Shown: in pieces, positions 1-12,359 of the stretch
Numbering within the stretch: the stretch's first letter is position 1
How the letters are laid out: every line of letters begins with the position of its first letter
Origin: Hemiscyllium ocellatum
Lineage: Eukaryota
Length of the DNA: 64,000 nt
Reading direction: 5' to 3'
NCBI RefSeq assembly: GCF_020745735.1
Contig: NW_026867788.1
Location: forward strand, 413,584-477,583
Notes under the pieces: model-generated
Seen by the model: the letters and a program-made list of their open reading frames with translations, nothing else
Databases searched by the model: none
What the model was told of the DNA's origin: nothing
Program-made: the position numbers and the translations under genes

Positions 1-1142
1 CAGCCAAATTCATCCTTTTCTTCACAGTGATTTGAATCAGTAGGGCAAGATGTTCTCGAAAATCTGTCTGAGTATTGAGTGACTGTAAATGGTTGAGACT
101 GCAAAACTTTACTGTGTTAGTGTTATCATTTTATCTCACCAGTATAATTCTTGGCTGAGGAATGTTTAATGGCTCAGCGTAATGCATATTTAGCCTATAT
201 TTAACCTTTTCTGCATATCTCATGGAATGTTTAATATTCTACAAGGCGATTTATTCTGTATCGATTCTGTGTTGTGCCTGCTCTGGGAGGATTTTTTTCA
301 GGGAATCCTGGATGCAGTTCTACTATAAACCAAAATGTATTTGATATGATGCATTGGACAGTGCAATATGGAGGGAGATTTACCCAGCACATACATCGAC
401 TGTACAATCATGGAAATCATTTGATGTAGCAGTGTAAAGGGGCTTGAACCCCTACTCTTGTCTTTCTGATTTTGTAATGTTGAGTAGCTTATAATGAACA
501 GGCACACTCATGCACACACACATATGCAAAATATCTTTGAACAACCGTTTCAGTGTTGAATGGATGAGTGCTGTGAGAGCTTTAATGGTTTGAATTTTGG
601 GTCTGACTGCAGGTGAAACTGGGTAAAAGCACAGTTTGTGCTTTTCGATTTGTTAATTAATATTGCTGACTTTAGTTGAATAAAGGAATGTTGTCTTAGG
701 CATCATCTGGCACCATTAATTAGACCATTATTTTCCACATCGCGAGCTGGAGTGTCAGGTGGAATTTATAGACATGTGACATCATTAAAACGAAGGCTTG
801 GAATGTTTCCGGAATGAATCATTTGAATTAGAGCCTCTGAATTAGACAAAGTAGGCAAGATGAATTTAGAGTTGTAGAAATCTTTCACGACAATGAGAGA
901 CCGCTTCGCCCATCGCACCTGTGCCACCTGAAAACAGACCTTTCCAGCTGACACCCACTTTAAAGTATGTTGTCCACAAACCTGTTGGTGATCGCACTTC
1001 AAGTAAATATTTGGGAACATTGCGTAGGGTCTAATCCACTTTCATCATAGATATGATTTCCAATGTTGTAAATCCTGGCTTATGGGGAAAAAGAAGGGGT
1101 AGATGTTTCTCAAGACGTTTTGAGTATTCTTGACTTAAAGGA

Positions 1143-1306
1143 GAAAAATGCAGACATTTTCCCCAGAAATGGTGATAGCAACGTACGTTTGTTTAGCCAA
1201 GATCAGCAACATGAATCAATGGAAATGACATGTGAAAAATGCAGACATGCTCTCCAGAAAAGCTGACAGCAACATACGTTTATCTTGCCAAGATCAGCAA
1301 CATGAA
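1143..1306. repeat. Two-copy direct repeat, 91-bp period
   Basis: GAAAAATGCAGACAT...GCCAAGATCAGCAACATGAA begins at 1143 and again at 1234. Confidence 0.8.
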
Positions 1307-2404
1307 GTAAATAAGTTTTAAAAACCACTTCCGATTAATTGATTATTAAAAATATGCAATTCACAAAGTGCAAAGTACAGGGGAGGTTGTGTGTGTCGGT
1401 GGGTTGTTGTGGGGATGGGCAATGTTCACTGTTCCCTGATGCCCACTTGCGTATGTGAGCAGCAGGTGAACCTGCAAATCAGGTTCAGGATGGTGCTGCA
1501 TGTATTTCAGCAAATACTGGCACATTGCATTCTCCAATAAATCAGCAATAACATGAATATTTATTTTTGAAGCCAAATAAAATTAAACAATATAGTGGGA
1601 CAACTTCCTTTCACTTCTTTGAACTCGTATCAAGGGACGCTGTCTGTGGACCTGGGGCGGCAGGAGGATCTTTAACAACGGAATGTGCGGGAACAGAATC
1701 AATGTTGGAAATCCAGATAGACTTGAACATTTTTCACTGGAGGTTGAGAGTTCGGGGTTGGGAGTGACTACATGTAAGTTTATAAAGCCATGAGTGGAAT
1801 GGCGAATAGCTCTTCTTGACATGATTCATACCGGAAATTTTCAAAGCTTTCGTTTCAAAGCATCACATATCAATAAACTGTACATGACACCAGCGATGTG
1901 GAAATTAATGGTGTATATGATGGTGCCAAACGATGCCTGGTACAACGTCCCTCCAATCAAATAAAGTCAGCAATAAATATTAACAATGTGAAAGACTCAA
2001 ACCATACTTCTACACAAATCAGTTTCATCTGCAGTCAGATCCACAACTTACAATTTAGACCATTGTACAGAAGATAGACGAGGCCTCACAATATTGGAAA
2101 TGATTTAGTTTGATAAATGAATCCATCGTACACTTCCTCAGAGCAACTCGTTTTAACAAATTTGCTTGATTTTTTTTGTGTGTGGGGTAATTCACGAAAT
2201 GTTACTTTAATCCGATGGATGTGAACAATTTGCACTTCAGAAGTTTAGGAAAACGTCCTTTACGACAGATACACAAGCAACTTTTAGAAACCATTGATTA
2301 AAGGTGAGATCTTTTTTGGGCACAAGGATGATCCAAATGATATTTTGTAAATGTTTGGAGCTGGGATTGTCTTCAAGTTTTGACTAAGATATTGGCATAT
2401 TACA

Positions 2405-2692
2405 TTACGTACAGTGTGGAAACAGGTCCTTCGGCCCAACAAGTCCACACCGACACACACCCACCCAGACCCATTCCCGTACACCTTACACGAAGGACAA
2501 GTTAGCGTGGCCAATTCACCTAACCTGCACATTTTTGGACTGTGGGAGGAAACTGGAGCACCCAGAGGAAACCCAAGCAGACACGGGGAGAATGTGCAAA
2601 CTCCACACAGTCAGTCACCTGAATCGGGAATTGAACCCGGGTCTCTGGCACTGTGAGTCAGCAGTGATAACCACCGAGCCACCATGCCGCCC
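2405..2692 (-). mobile_element. tRNA-derived shark SINE (HE1-type, CR1-like 3' tail)
   Basis: Minus strand begins GGGCGGCATGGTGGCTCGGTGGTTATCACTGCTG (A box) ... CCGGGTTCAATTCC (B box). It ends in a CR1-like GGCCGAAGGACCTGTTTCCACACTGTA tail. Confidence 0.85.
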
Positions 2693-2769
2693 ACTGTATT
2701 TTCACTCTGTTGGTGGATTTCAACAGTAGGTGACATATTTTTATTATGAGAGGAGAAACAATGTAAAAT

Positions 2770-2985
2770 ATATAACGGAGACAGCTTTTTCACAGAGAAT
2801 GGTTTGTGGCGGGCACTGTTAAAACTTTCAGACGACATTTGGATAAGTAAATGAATATCAAACATTTGGAAGGATATGGGCCAAGTACACACAGGTGGGA
2901 TCAGTTTAGTTTGGGATAATACTGGCATGGACTGGCTGGACCAAAGTTTCTGTTTCCATGCTTAATCACTCCATGACTCTGCGAC
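2770..2985 (+). mobile_element. CR1 LINE 3' end fragment
   Basis: ...GGAAGGATATGGGCCAAG...GGCATGGACTGGCTGGACCAAAG...TGTTTCCATGC...TCCATGACTCT, the typical shark CR1 3' UTR. Confidence 0.7.
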
Positions 2986-4913
2986 TATTTATCTTTTTTT
3001 CTCAATATTGAACAGTGTTGTCATGATCCTAGAATGAACTGTTGACGTTTATATTGTGTCTGAGACTTCGCGAATTCTTGTTTCAATGAGAGGAGGGACG
3101 AGTTCTCCAAGACACATAACTTAAAAATAAAATGTTCACCAGCTTTGTTGCTGTGCAGAATTGATTCTGTGGAGATAGTTTGCAATTGGCTTTCCACCAC
3201 CTCGGCAACAATGAGTCAAAATATCTTTGATCCACTGCAGAAACTCCAGTAAATGAAACTGGGAACTCAAGGACCTTTTCGGCAGTTAGGTTATTTGCTG
3301 CCAAGTATTGCATCAAAAGACGAAATGAAGCAACCAAAATAAGATCCTACCAAACTATATTTTCCCATTTTCTCACAATGGACACATTCCACTTTGCATT
3401 TCTTCTTTTGAAAGGAAAGTCACTGAATACAGCATTCACCGTATGATTATGAGAAAACAGGAAATTGAATGCAATTACGTTCTGGTTAGTTCAGCCCATT
3501 TATTCAGTATATTTAAAGCTTCTGAATATGAAATTAATTGACCAAAATCCCACGTTGCAGTAACATTTGTTATTTTTATTTCAAAATAAATTGACAAATA
3601 CGAATTGGTTCAAACTCACATCACTTAATGCACGATTCTCTGATTCATGCACCTCATTAAAACGAAATGGGCCCTTTTATACTTGGTTAATACAGGTGTA
3701 ATGTAACGCCGAATGTTTGCTGATTGTTACGAGTTAACTGTCCCTATCAGTGAGCAGAGAAATGTACTGTTTATGACCAACATTCGTGGTAATTATTATT
3801 GAAATACGCACTAATATAACAAAACACTCCTGATGTACCCAGACAGTTACCTGCAATGGTTTAGATTTTGAGGATTTTGCTTTAACTAATGGACTGGCTT
3901 GTTCTAGTTCATTAGATGTTCTTTTAAAAGGTTACCTGGGTGTTGTATATCAGTGCCAACTCACTTTTTGTTTCTCAGGCAAACAGCTTTCCTTTATGAT
4001 GCATCTTAGGGTCGAAGCAATTCAAAAAAGAAGATGCAAGGAGAGACATTCTGCTTCTAATCTCAGGAACCAAACTGTTTAGTGACATACAATCATATTC
4101 TGAATATAATCTCTTCAGACATGATCTATATTAGGTTGCCTAGATTGATTTCAGAAACGCAGATTGGAAATGATGTATTATTTCGTAACATCAGAGAGAC
4201 TTTGAGGGACAGTAAAAATAACGCCACTAAATTTGATGGCTAATAATATTAGTGAAGTTCTATTTAGTTTTATCTGCTTGTGGTTGAATGTAGAATTAAA
4301 TTGCAATTGAATATTCTAAATATAGTCACTTTGAACACGCTATATATTCAGTTGCCTAAATTGATTTTTGCAATGTCTAGTATGAATTACATGTTATTTT
4401 GAAGTGCGACAGAGAATTGCAGTGTCCAGAAAAAAAAATGCTCAATTGTTTTATTAGCTGTTAATATCTTTGAACTTTGATTTTAGTTTTATCTGATTGT
4501 GAAAGAATTTAGAAATACAGGGAGTTAAATTCCAATTTAATTCGTTTTGTATTTTTTAAAACAAAGTACTTGCAACTAGCATTTGAAACAGACCTGAAGC
4601 TACTCAAATTTACTTCCACCATTTAAAAAAAACACTTCCAAAGAAGCTATTCAGCAAAACAAATATCCTAAGATGTGTATATCTCCAAGTTCAAGCGTAA
4701 TCTCATGTAAATACATGAACCCATCTTTTCGGGCTGTGCAAGCTGATACCAGGATCCGGTCTCAGACTCCAACTGGAAACCAAGAGTCGGAAGCTGTCAG
4801 CCTGCCCCTTCTGATGGCCACATAAATCCTGGGCACTGGACCGTAATTCAACACGCCTGGATCGGCTTTGTTTAGAAAGATCTTGACAGAATATTTTCTC
4901 ACAATTTATCAGA

Positions 4914-4962
4914 ATGATTGTATCGACAATTTTTCTCAGTTTGTTACTGATTTTCTTATCAT
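4914..4962 (+). pseudogene. IGHV: IgM VH leader exon (MIVSTIFLSLLLIFLS-C)
   Basis: ATG at 4914, hydrophobic signal peptide, phase-1 donor T|GTGAGT at 4963. Splices in frame to the acceptor AG at 5088-5089 to give ...[13 protein letters not shown]. Confidence 0.93.
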
Positions 4963-5089
4963 GTGAGTGTTTTTTGTTCAAGTCTTTCTTTGATACTGTC
5001 TCAATGTTAGTCTACCTCAGGAATGTCAAAGACTCAGCCATCATTTCATCAGCGTTAATGTTGCAATTTAATTTGTTTTCTTTTCAAAG

Positions 5090-5391
5090 GTGTCCAGTCA
5101 GAGGTTGTTTTGACTCAGCCAGAGGCAGAGACTGGCCCTCCTGCTGGTAGCCTGAGACTGACCTGTAAAACCAGCGGGTTCAATCTTGGCAGCAGCTACA
5201 TGCACTGGGTCCGACAAGTTCCCGGCAAGGGCCTGGAATGGCTGCTGTACTACTATACTTCAGTCGACAAAAACTATGCACCAGCGATATTGGGCCGATT
5301 TACTGCGTCCAAAGAGACTTCAGACAACATTTTTGTGTTGAACATGGGAAACCTGAAGATCTAAGACACGGCCATCTATTACTGCGCAAGA
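5090..5391 (+). pseudogene. IGHV: IgM VH exon with premature stop (TAA 5362-5364 where E of KIEDTAIYYCAR is expected)
   Basis: Translates [100 protein letters not shown]. Canonical V-domain Cys, Trp and YYC are present, typical of shark VH. Confidence 0.96.
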
Positions 5392-5411
5392 GCAGTGGGT
5401 AGGTGGATATT
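5392..5411 (+). other. IGHD: D-derived sequence fused directly to VH (germline-joined V-D1-D2 junction)
   Basis: GCAGTGGGTAGGTGGATATT directly follows CAR with no V heptamer or nonamer. It is followed immediately by a 12-spacer RSS. Confidence 0.75.
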
Positions 5412-5439
5412 CACTGCAATTATGATCGATACAAAAACC
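5412..5439 (+). other. 12-bp-spacer recombination signal sequence (3' RSS of D2)
   Basis: CACTGCA (5412-5418), a 12-nt spacer, then a perfect nonamer ACAAAAACC (5431-5439). Confidence 0.9.
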
Positions 5440-5747
5440 TTTCAGACCCTATTGTTTGCAACACGTCAGTGATTATTTCTACAAACCGTCTTAACTTGCA
5501 GTGCAGTATTAGTTCTCTGGGCTTCTGTGCATGTTTAATTTGTAAAAGTGGTGATAATTATTGATACACCAATTGGTTATTTTGAGAATCAGCTCAAGTG
5601 TTACTCTGTGAAATATAAAACAACATAAAAATTTATTAAGAATGATCAGAATTCACTAGCGCATGTGATGTAGCTTCATTGTGACTTAATATTGCCAGTG
5701 GTTCCGAAAATGTAATGGGAGATTTTTGGATTGTTTTATGCAGAGCT

Positions 5748-5786
5748 AGTTATTATGTGGCCCAGTGCAGACAATGTAACACTGTG
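5748..5786 (-). other. 23-bp-spacer RSS of JH
   Basis: Perfect heptamer CACTGTG (5780-5786) abuts JH. 23 nt upstream lies AGTTATTAT (5748-5756), a 6/9 match to GGTTTTTGT. Confidence 0.75.
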
Positions 5787-5834
5787 CCTATCTTGATGAC
5801 TGGGGCCAAGGGACCATGGTGACAGTGACTTCAG
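5787..5834 (+). pseudogene. IGHJ: JH segment (YLDDWGQGTMVTVTS)
   Basis: WGQG motif and VTVTS, with a phase-1 donor G|GTGAGA at 5835. Confidence 0.95.
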
Positions 5835-6341
5835 GTGAGAATTTTAACCTTAACTGTGATTTTTTAAAAACTTTCCATTCATGTGATTAATTTCTGTATT
5901 AAATGAAACTCATATTCTGTCTTGAGTTTGGTTTGGTTCGGAATAATTTTTGTTCAGGCTGATTATAGACTTCAGTTAAGGCTCAGCAAGTGGTTATAAT
6001 GGTTGTGACGGAGTCAGTTACTCTGAGTGTCTCTTTGTTTCGATCCGATGGGCTTTCAGTGTGGCTGGGTTACTTAATGTCTCTTAATCAGTCAGGTATA
6101 AATAATGTTTAACGACAGTGACACTGGGACTATCGGTTTTCTTATCGACAACAAATGCTAAGAAGTTGAAGATGTTCAAAATATTACCAAACATGATTAA
6201 AAATGCTAAAATATCATTATCCATTTCTTGAATATATTTCCTGTACACATTATGTTCTTACCATGATTATATTTTCACCTTTATTTTGCTAATTTTGTTG
6301 ATGACAAGCAGGTTAGAAACTGTCATAATTTTTTGCAGGGC

Positions 6342-6660
6342 TATGTTTCATTCTGTTGATTGAGATTCTAAGATCGTTTGACTTGATTCTGTTGAATTGA
6401 GTTGTTCGGATTTTAAATTTGTTTCAGTTGATTCGGTTGAAATGAGTTGATTGGATTCTGACTGTGCTCTTACTTAGTTTTGCTGAAGTGTGTTGATTGA
6501 ATTTTGAAATTGTTTTATTTGGTTCTGTTGAATTGAATTGGTGAGATTCTGATTATGTTTCATTTAAGTCTGTTGTTTTCAATTGATTGGATTCTGGTTT
6601 TATTTTCCTCGAATCTGTTGAATTGAGTTGATTGGATTCTTATTCAGTTTGTGCAATTGA
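6342..6660. repeat. Degenerate 45-bp minisatellite (~6-7 copies) in the J-C intron
   Basis: Core TTCTGTTGAATTGAGTTGATTGGATTCT recurs at about 6387, 6432, 6477, 6523, 6568 and 6613, with a shortened copy at 6351. Confidence 0.8.
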
Positions 6661-8214
6661 TCTGTGTTTTCATGCTTTCTGTAATTGGTGTTTTCTTTCT
6701 GGCGATAAGATGGTCTCTCTGGATTACTTTTAATTGAAAATCTTTGTGAAGTTCTTTGGTTTTCCTGAATCGTTTCGGCATTTGTTAAATTTGTATGCCA
6801 TTTTTAACTCAGCTTGATTGAAAAATTTGCATCTGTTTGTAACTGTCTGAAAACCAACTTAAGGCAGAAATAAAGAAGCGCGAGGAATGAAAAACTTGAC
6901 TTTTTAATACAGTGGTGATTTTTTTTAAAAATCGCATTTCTAATTGTAAATTAACCGAATTTTGTTTTCAGTCGGTTCATTCAAAATAAAATTTGGGACT
7001 AAATTCTGCAACTGCAGAATTGCTCAGTTCACAAAATTGAAACTAACTTACTACAATATTATATTTTTTATATTGTCTTAATATTTTTCCATTAGAGAAA
7101 TTTTGTTTTGTCCTTAAAGAGATTAATCATTATATGCCTAAAAATGCTGCACTAGATTGTCATGATCATCAAGGGTGTACAGTTGGGAAATAAATCTAAC
7201 CTTTGCCGGAAAAGTTACAGCTTTAAATGTTACGTCCCCTCACAAACAAAACTGATGTTATGACTTGTTACTATTTGTTCAATTTAATCATTAATTTACT
7301 TGATTCTGAGCAGTTCTGTTAGACTTCAGTTCGGGTTTTCTTGTGAGGTTACATCATGTTCTTGGTTCTGTTGAAACTGTTTGCAGTGCTAGCTCTGCTG
7401 CAAACACATCGTGTTGTCATTTGTTGATCTTTGCTATGTTGAGTATTCTACATTGTTATTGCACTGTTCACATGATTTCTGTCAGTGAACCGCTCCAGTT
7501 TCCTCTTTCTCATTCAATGCAATCAGCATGCCAAATGAAACTTCACAAAGCTTGACGTTACGTGAAAGGTAAGTCGCAGGGTTTTGGAAATGAAGGGAAA
7601 ACAGATACCTTCAGGCGCGATTCTTAACGAGAAGTAATAATTAAAGATTAACCTAATCCACTCTTTACAATCCACGTTCAGAACTCAACTACATAGTTAA
7701 ACCACAATGTCTATCTTTAAACAGTTTAACAAGTCATAGAGAAATATAAATTGAATTTCAAAAGTATAATATTCCAGAAGTTGTTACCTTTGCAAACAAA
7801 ATCCTTAACTGTGGTTATAATTGATCAAGAAATGCCTTTCCATTCTGCTGTATATTACACACAAGTTTTCTGGCTGGAAAATATGATTGGCAAAGACAAT
7901 TTGGAAATTCTGCTCAATTCGATGAACAACAGATCAATTTCACTGCTTTGATCGGTTTCACAAGTAATCTGAGTCCTGAGTCAATTAATTGTTCTAGCCC
8001 TGATTAAACTGGGTTTGCTGTGAAAAATGAAACCTGAGTAATTTAATCTGCACAGTGCTTTAGGTATCCCCAATCCCTACTTTTTAAATAAATAGTTACA
8101 TTTTACAGCACAATATCAACTGAAGAGTCATTCTTTTGGAAACAACTACTATAGTGAATTGGTGACCAAGGCCAAATTTCGAATTAATTGAAATAATCCA
8201 CTTATGAACTCGGA

Positions 8215-8550
8215 GGGCAGCATCATGGCTCAGTGGTTAGCATTGATGCTTCACATCGCCGGGATCCCAGGTTCGATTTTACCCTCGGGTAACTATCTGT
8301 ACGGACTTTGCACATTCGCCCCGTGTCTGCGTCGGCTTTCTCCAGGTGTTCCGGTTTCCTTCCACAGCCTGAAAATGGGCAGGTTAGGTGAATTGGCAGT
8401 GTTGCTTTGCACATAGTGTTCAGGGATGTGCATATTTAGGGTGCATTCGGTGGGGTAAATATGGGTTGGGTAAATGGGTTTTCGTGGGCTCCATATTGCT
8501 CGGGCGATCGGTGTGGAATTGTTAGGCCAAATGGCCTGTTTCCAATATGT
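8215..8550 (+). mobile_element. tRNA-derived SINE
   Basis: GGGCAGCATCATGGCTCAGTGGTTAGCA...CAGGTTCGATT head; GGCCAAATGGCCTGTTTCC tail. Confidence 0.85.
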
Positions 8551-8854
8551 TGGAAATGTACTCTAAAACAATGGAAGTACTTGCTGCAAAAGCAGAGAAT
8601 TTATTTCCCATCGATGTATTTAGACATATGCGGAGTTCATAAATTTGCAGAAGACATGAACTAGAGGATAACAGAGTACATTGTTTGAACTAGAGGATAA
8701 CAGGGCACATTGTTTATTCAAACGCTGAAAATAGAGTAATTTTTTTTAATCAATATACTTGACCGATTATTGCAATGTAGCAATCTGAAGGAGACTGCTC
8801 ACGTTAGTTAAGTATGATGATTATTTAGATTTGATTTCCTATAGTATATATTGG

Positions 8855-9137
8855 GCCATTTGACCCTACAAGGCCACACCGATCCTGTGAAGAGCAACCC
8901 ACCCAGACCCATTCCCCTACCCTATATTTACCCTTGAGTAATGCACCTAACACCATGGACAATATAGCACGACCAGTTCACCTGACGGGCACATCCTTGA
9001 ATTGTGGGAGGATTCCCACGCAGCCAAAGTAGAAACTGTGTAAACTCCACAGAGACAGTCACCCGAGGCTGAAACCGAACCCCGGTACCTGGATCTGTGA
9101 GGCAGCAGTGCGCAACACAAATCCACCGCTCTGCCCA
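8855..9137 (-). mobile_element. tRNA-derived SINE
   Basis: Reverse-complement homolog of the SINEs at 2405 and 8215. Confidence 0.8.
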
Positions 9138-12100
9138 CATTTACTTAGCCACTCAGTTAAAGCGGGCAACTCCAGAGAGAAGCATGTTTTCAATTCACAC
9201 TTTTTTAAAAAAAAACATTTTCGTACATGAAAAGCTGCTAACAAGAAAATGAATTTGCCCTAATTTCTTCAACAGACATGCATTTCCACACTGTAATGCA
9301 GGACTAACGTCATGCAGTTCATGTAAAATCTCCACAGTTCAAGAAATGCTTTCAGATATGTAAAAACTATTTGGAGTATTATCCATTTCCTCCGGAGCTT
9401 TGCATTAATTGTTGACATATCTCACCATTGCTAATTACAACGACTTATTAAGTTTATTGACTCAGTGATTATCTATGTTCATTGTGAACACGTTCTCGTT
9501 TGCATTAATCCTTTGGTTAGTTCCTCTGATGAATGTTCAATTGCAGTGAATACATTGGATGTGAGGAATTGAGCAGATATATCTGCTAACATACAGATTG
9601 TTGTACATTTCGTTTCAGTGTTATCTCCGACTAACTTGTCAACGGGTCCTGACCATTTGTAAATTGTCTGGTTTGGGTACCTGAATTTTCGATAGTTCAA
9701 TTTTATCTTGCTCTTCAAATCGACTTTTATCTGCCAGAACTGCAATATTTGATTGGGTGCCTCAGAACTGAGTGCCGTGGCTAAGTTATTCCAATCAGAA
9801 CGAATACCACAGTAACAAAAGGCAGGCAGATTCCAAATGTTTTGATATTGGTTCTTGGCAATAAGGGATACTTGATTGAGCGATGAAGAGGGAAACATGC
9901 TGATTATTTCCTTTTGTGCCTCAGTTGGTCATGGACATGTAGCACAATGTAGAATCAAAAATTATTTTGCATCTTACTATTTGAAAACCTATTAGCGTTT
10001 AATATCACTGGCAACGGTCATAATGCATTTCAAAACATTTTCATCTATATCAAACTAAGTAGACCACGTGGGGCAGCAACATTCATAGGGGTTCTAGGGA
10101 AGGGAGTTCTAGGTTAAAATCCAGTGTCAGTGAATTGATGGTAATGTAATCCCACTTTTTATTCCTCAGAGAATTTGGACAATTCGGAGCTGCTGTCAAA
10201 GTATTCTTTGATAATTGTTGCAATGTTACTTTCGTGTACAAACTTTCTGGAACAATCCCTTGTTGTTGGAAAGTATCAATACTTAACATCGTGTATGTAC
10301 TGTCAAACAGGTGGGCTGTCTTCTCTGAGATAGTGTGAAGCTCATTGTGTTCAGGTCTGCTGTGATATTATTGTAGTGTGCCTGACTCCATGGCAAGCGG
10401 CCTGTGTTCACTTACAGCCTGGTTGAGAAGTATAAAATACCAACTCTTATCCGGTTAATTCTGGGCAAAAAAGCAGATTGAGTTGTTAGTGTGTTTGTTG
10501 GAGTTCCACTCACAGAGGCAGGTGAAATCTATTTCATCTCTGTCCTGACTTGTATCTCTTAGATATTAAACAAAACTTTGGCGTTTAGCAGCTTTTTCGA
10601 GATCAATATTTGTTCACAAGATTTTGAGCACATCTAGCTGGGGTTAATCGAGTAAGTCCTTTAATAATTCCCAGCTTTATAACTGCTGTTCAAATAATAT
10701 CACGTATAACTAATCCAGAATGTATTGTTTTGAAGCATAATTGATGAGATTATGCCTAGGTTGTTTTACTTTATATTAAACTGGTGCTGTGGCTGAATAT
10801 GATTGTTCAGTACAATGGGGGTTCCGCTGATTCCAACACTTGCATCATATGGTGATAGCTTTTCAAGTGGTCTTCAATTGTTATCTCGGCTCATCCACTA
10901 CCTCTGCTAAGAATGCTTTTCTCACTGCAGTCAAGCAAACGTAACCGCTGTCTAACTCAACAGGTGTGAGTTCTTGTGCCAATAGCATGAAAACAATTTC
11001 CTGAAGCGGGAGGGGATGGGGTAGGGGGGTGAGGGGTGTCTCTCGACGTGAAACGTTAACCTCGCTTTCTCTCCACAGGAGCTGCCAGACCTGCTGAGTT
11101 TCTTCAGAAATTTCTGTCTTTATTTTAGTTTTCTAGTATTCCAAGTTTTTTGATTCATTTCTAAAAATGTTCTGTTCGATTAAACAAGTTCTTCAGAGAG
11201 AAAATGCACTTAAACAAATTGAGAATGTTCAGAGATATTTATTATCAGAGAATCATGTTTTACAAGAAAGCATCATGAAGTAACAGCACACTCCAGAGTG
11301 CAGTGCCTGCTGTATTTGGGTGAGAGTTATTTTGATCAGTCAAGTAGTGAATGTCAGTGCTCCCATTCCAAATACCTGTAATCAACAGAATTACTTTTTA
11401 AAGAATGTGTGAAACAATTAATTTGCTAAAATATTTTAATACAAATTGTTCACCGCCAGTGCTAACCTAACGACTGACACATGATAGGGATGGGGAGGAG
11501 GACAGCACTAAGCCCTCGAGCTGATCCACCACTTACTTATATCATGGTGCATCTGCGCACTAACTGCAGACGCCTCTCTTTGGCTAAAACTCTTTACTAC
11601 CGTTGTTTTGCAAGCAAAGTCTATCCCAAATTTAATGGTTCGACTGCCCATAACAAAGGAAGACACCGTTTTTGAAAGGTATTTCTGTGAGTATTTAAAG
11701 GGACACAATGAGGCTGTAACATCCCAGTCTCGTATTCCACTAATGGTACTTCTTTATTCCAGGAAAGCATAATGTGTGATTGCCGTGCTAAAAATGAGGG
11801 AATCCTCATTTCCATTATATGATTACGAAATAGCTCTGTTAGTTGAGTGAAAACGCAGTCAAACCACACAGAATTAAACCATTCAACATGTCATCTTGTG
11901 TGGGCACGCAAGTGCCTCAAATACTTTTCAATTCTTCCGGCGGACAGGTGTGGAAGTATCAAACTTTTATATCGCATTGAAAAACCAGTTGTCCTCAGCA
12001 TACTTGAATTGCTGAAGCTCGTGTGGTATTAGCATTCACAGCACTGTTAGAAAGTGAGTCCCATGGCTGTGATTGAGGAAAAGTAAAACGGCAGGGAAAT

Positions 12101-12359
12101 AGTTGCAAGTCAAGGTGGAGTCTAATTTGGAGGTAATCATTCAGATGAAGCATTTTCATGCATGCACGCCCTTATCCTCAAAGATCACAATTTTGAAACA
12201 TGTTGCCAGGGACATGTTAGAATACAAATTAGAAGCTGAATTAGGCACCTCGGTCACTTTAGAATGCTATTGTATTCATGGGATCATCATAAATCCTGCT
12301 GCTCACCAGTCTTTCCAACAGCCGATAAAATTGAGCCCGATTCTTTACTGTTCAATGAA

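Noticed and set aside
1583-1822. Minus-strand ORF containing LLKILLPPQV, reminiscent of an Ig constant-domain start (VKILPPP)
   Set aside because: No Cys, Trp or other C1-set landmarks follow in any frame I could trace, and there is no clear splice context.
5677-5683. CATTGTG heptamer-like motif between D and J (possible extra D segment)
   Set aside because: No nonamer at 12- or 23-nt spacing and no partner RSS.
7553-7574. TGACGTTACGTG (CRE/E-box-like) next to a perfect AAG|GTAAGT donor, a possible I-mu exon or intronic enhancer
   Set aside because: An 8-mer is expected about once per 64 kb by chance, and nothing else supports it.
9479-9898. 139-aa minus-strand ORF in the J-C intron
   Set aside because: No recognisable domain or splice structure; consistent with a chance ORF.
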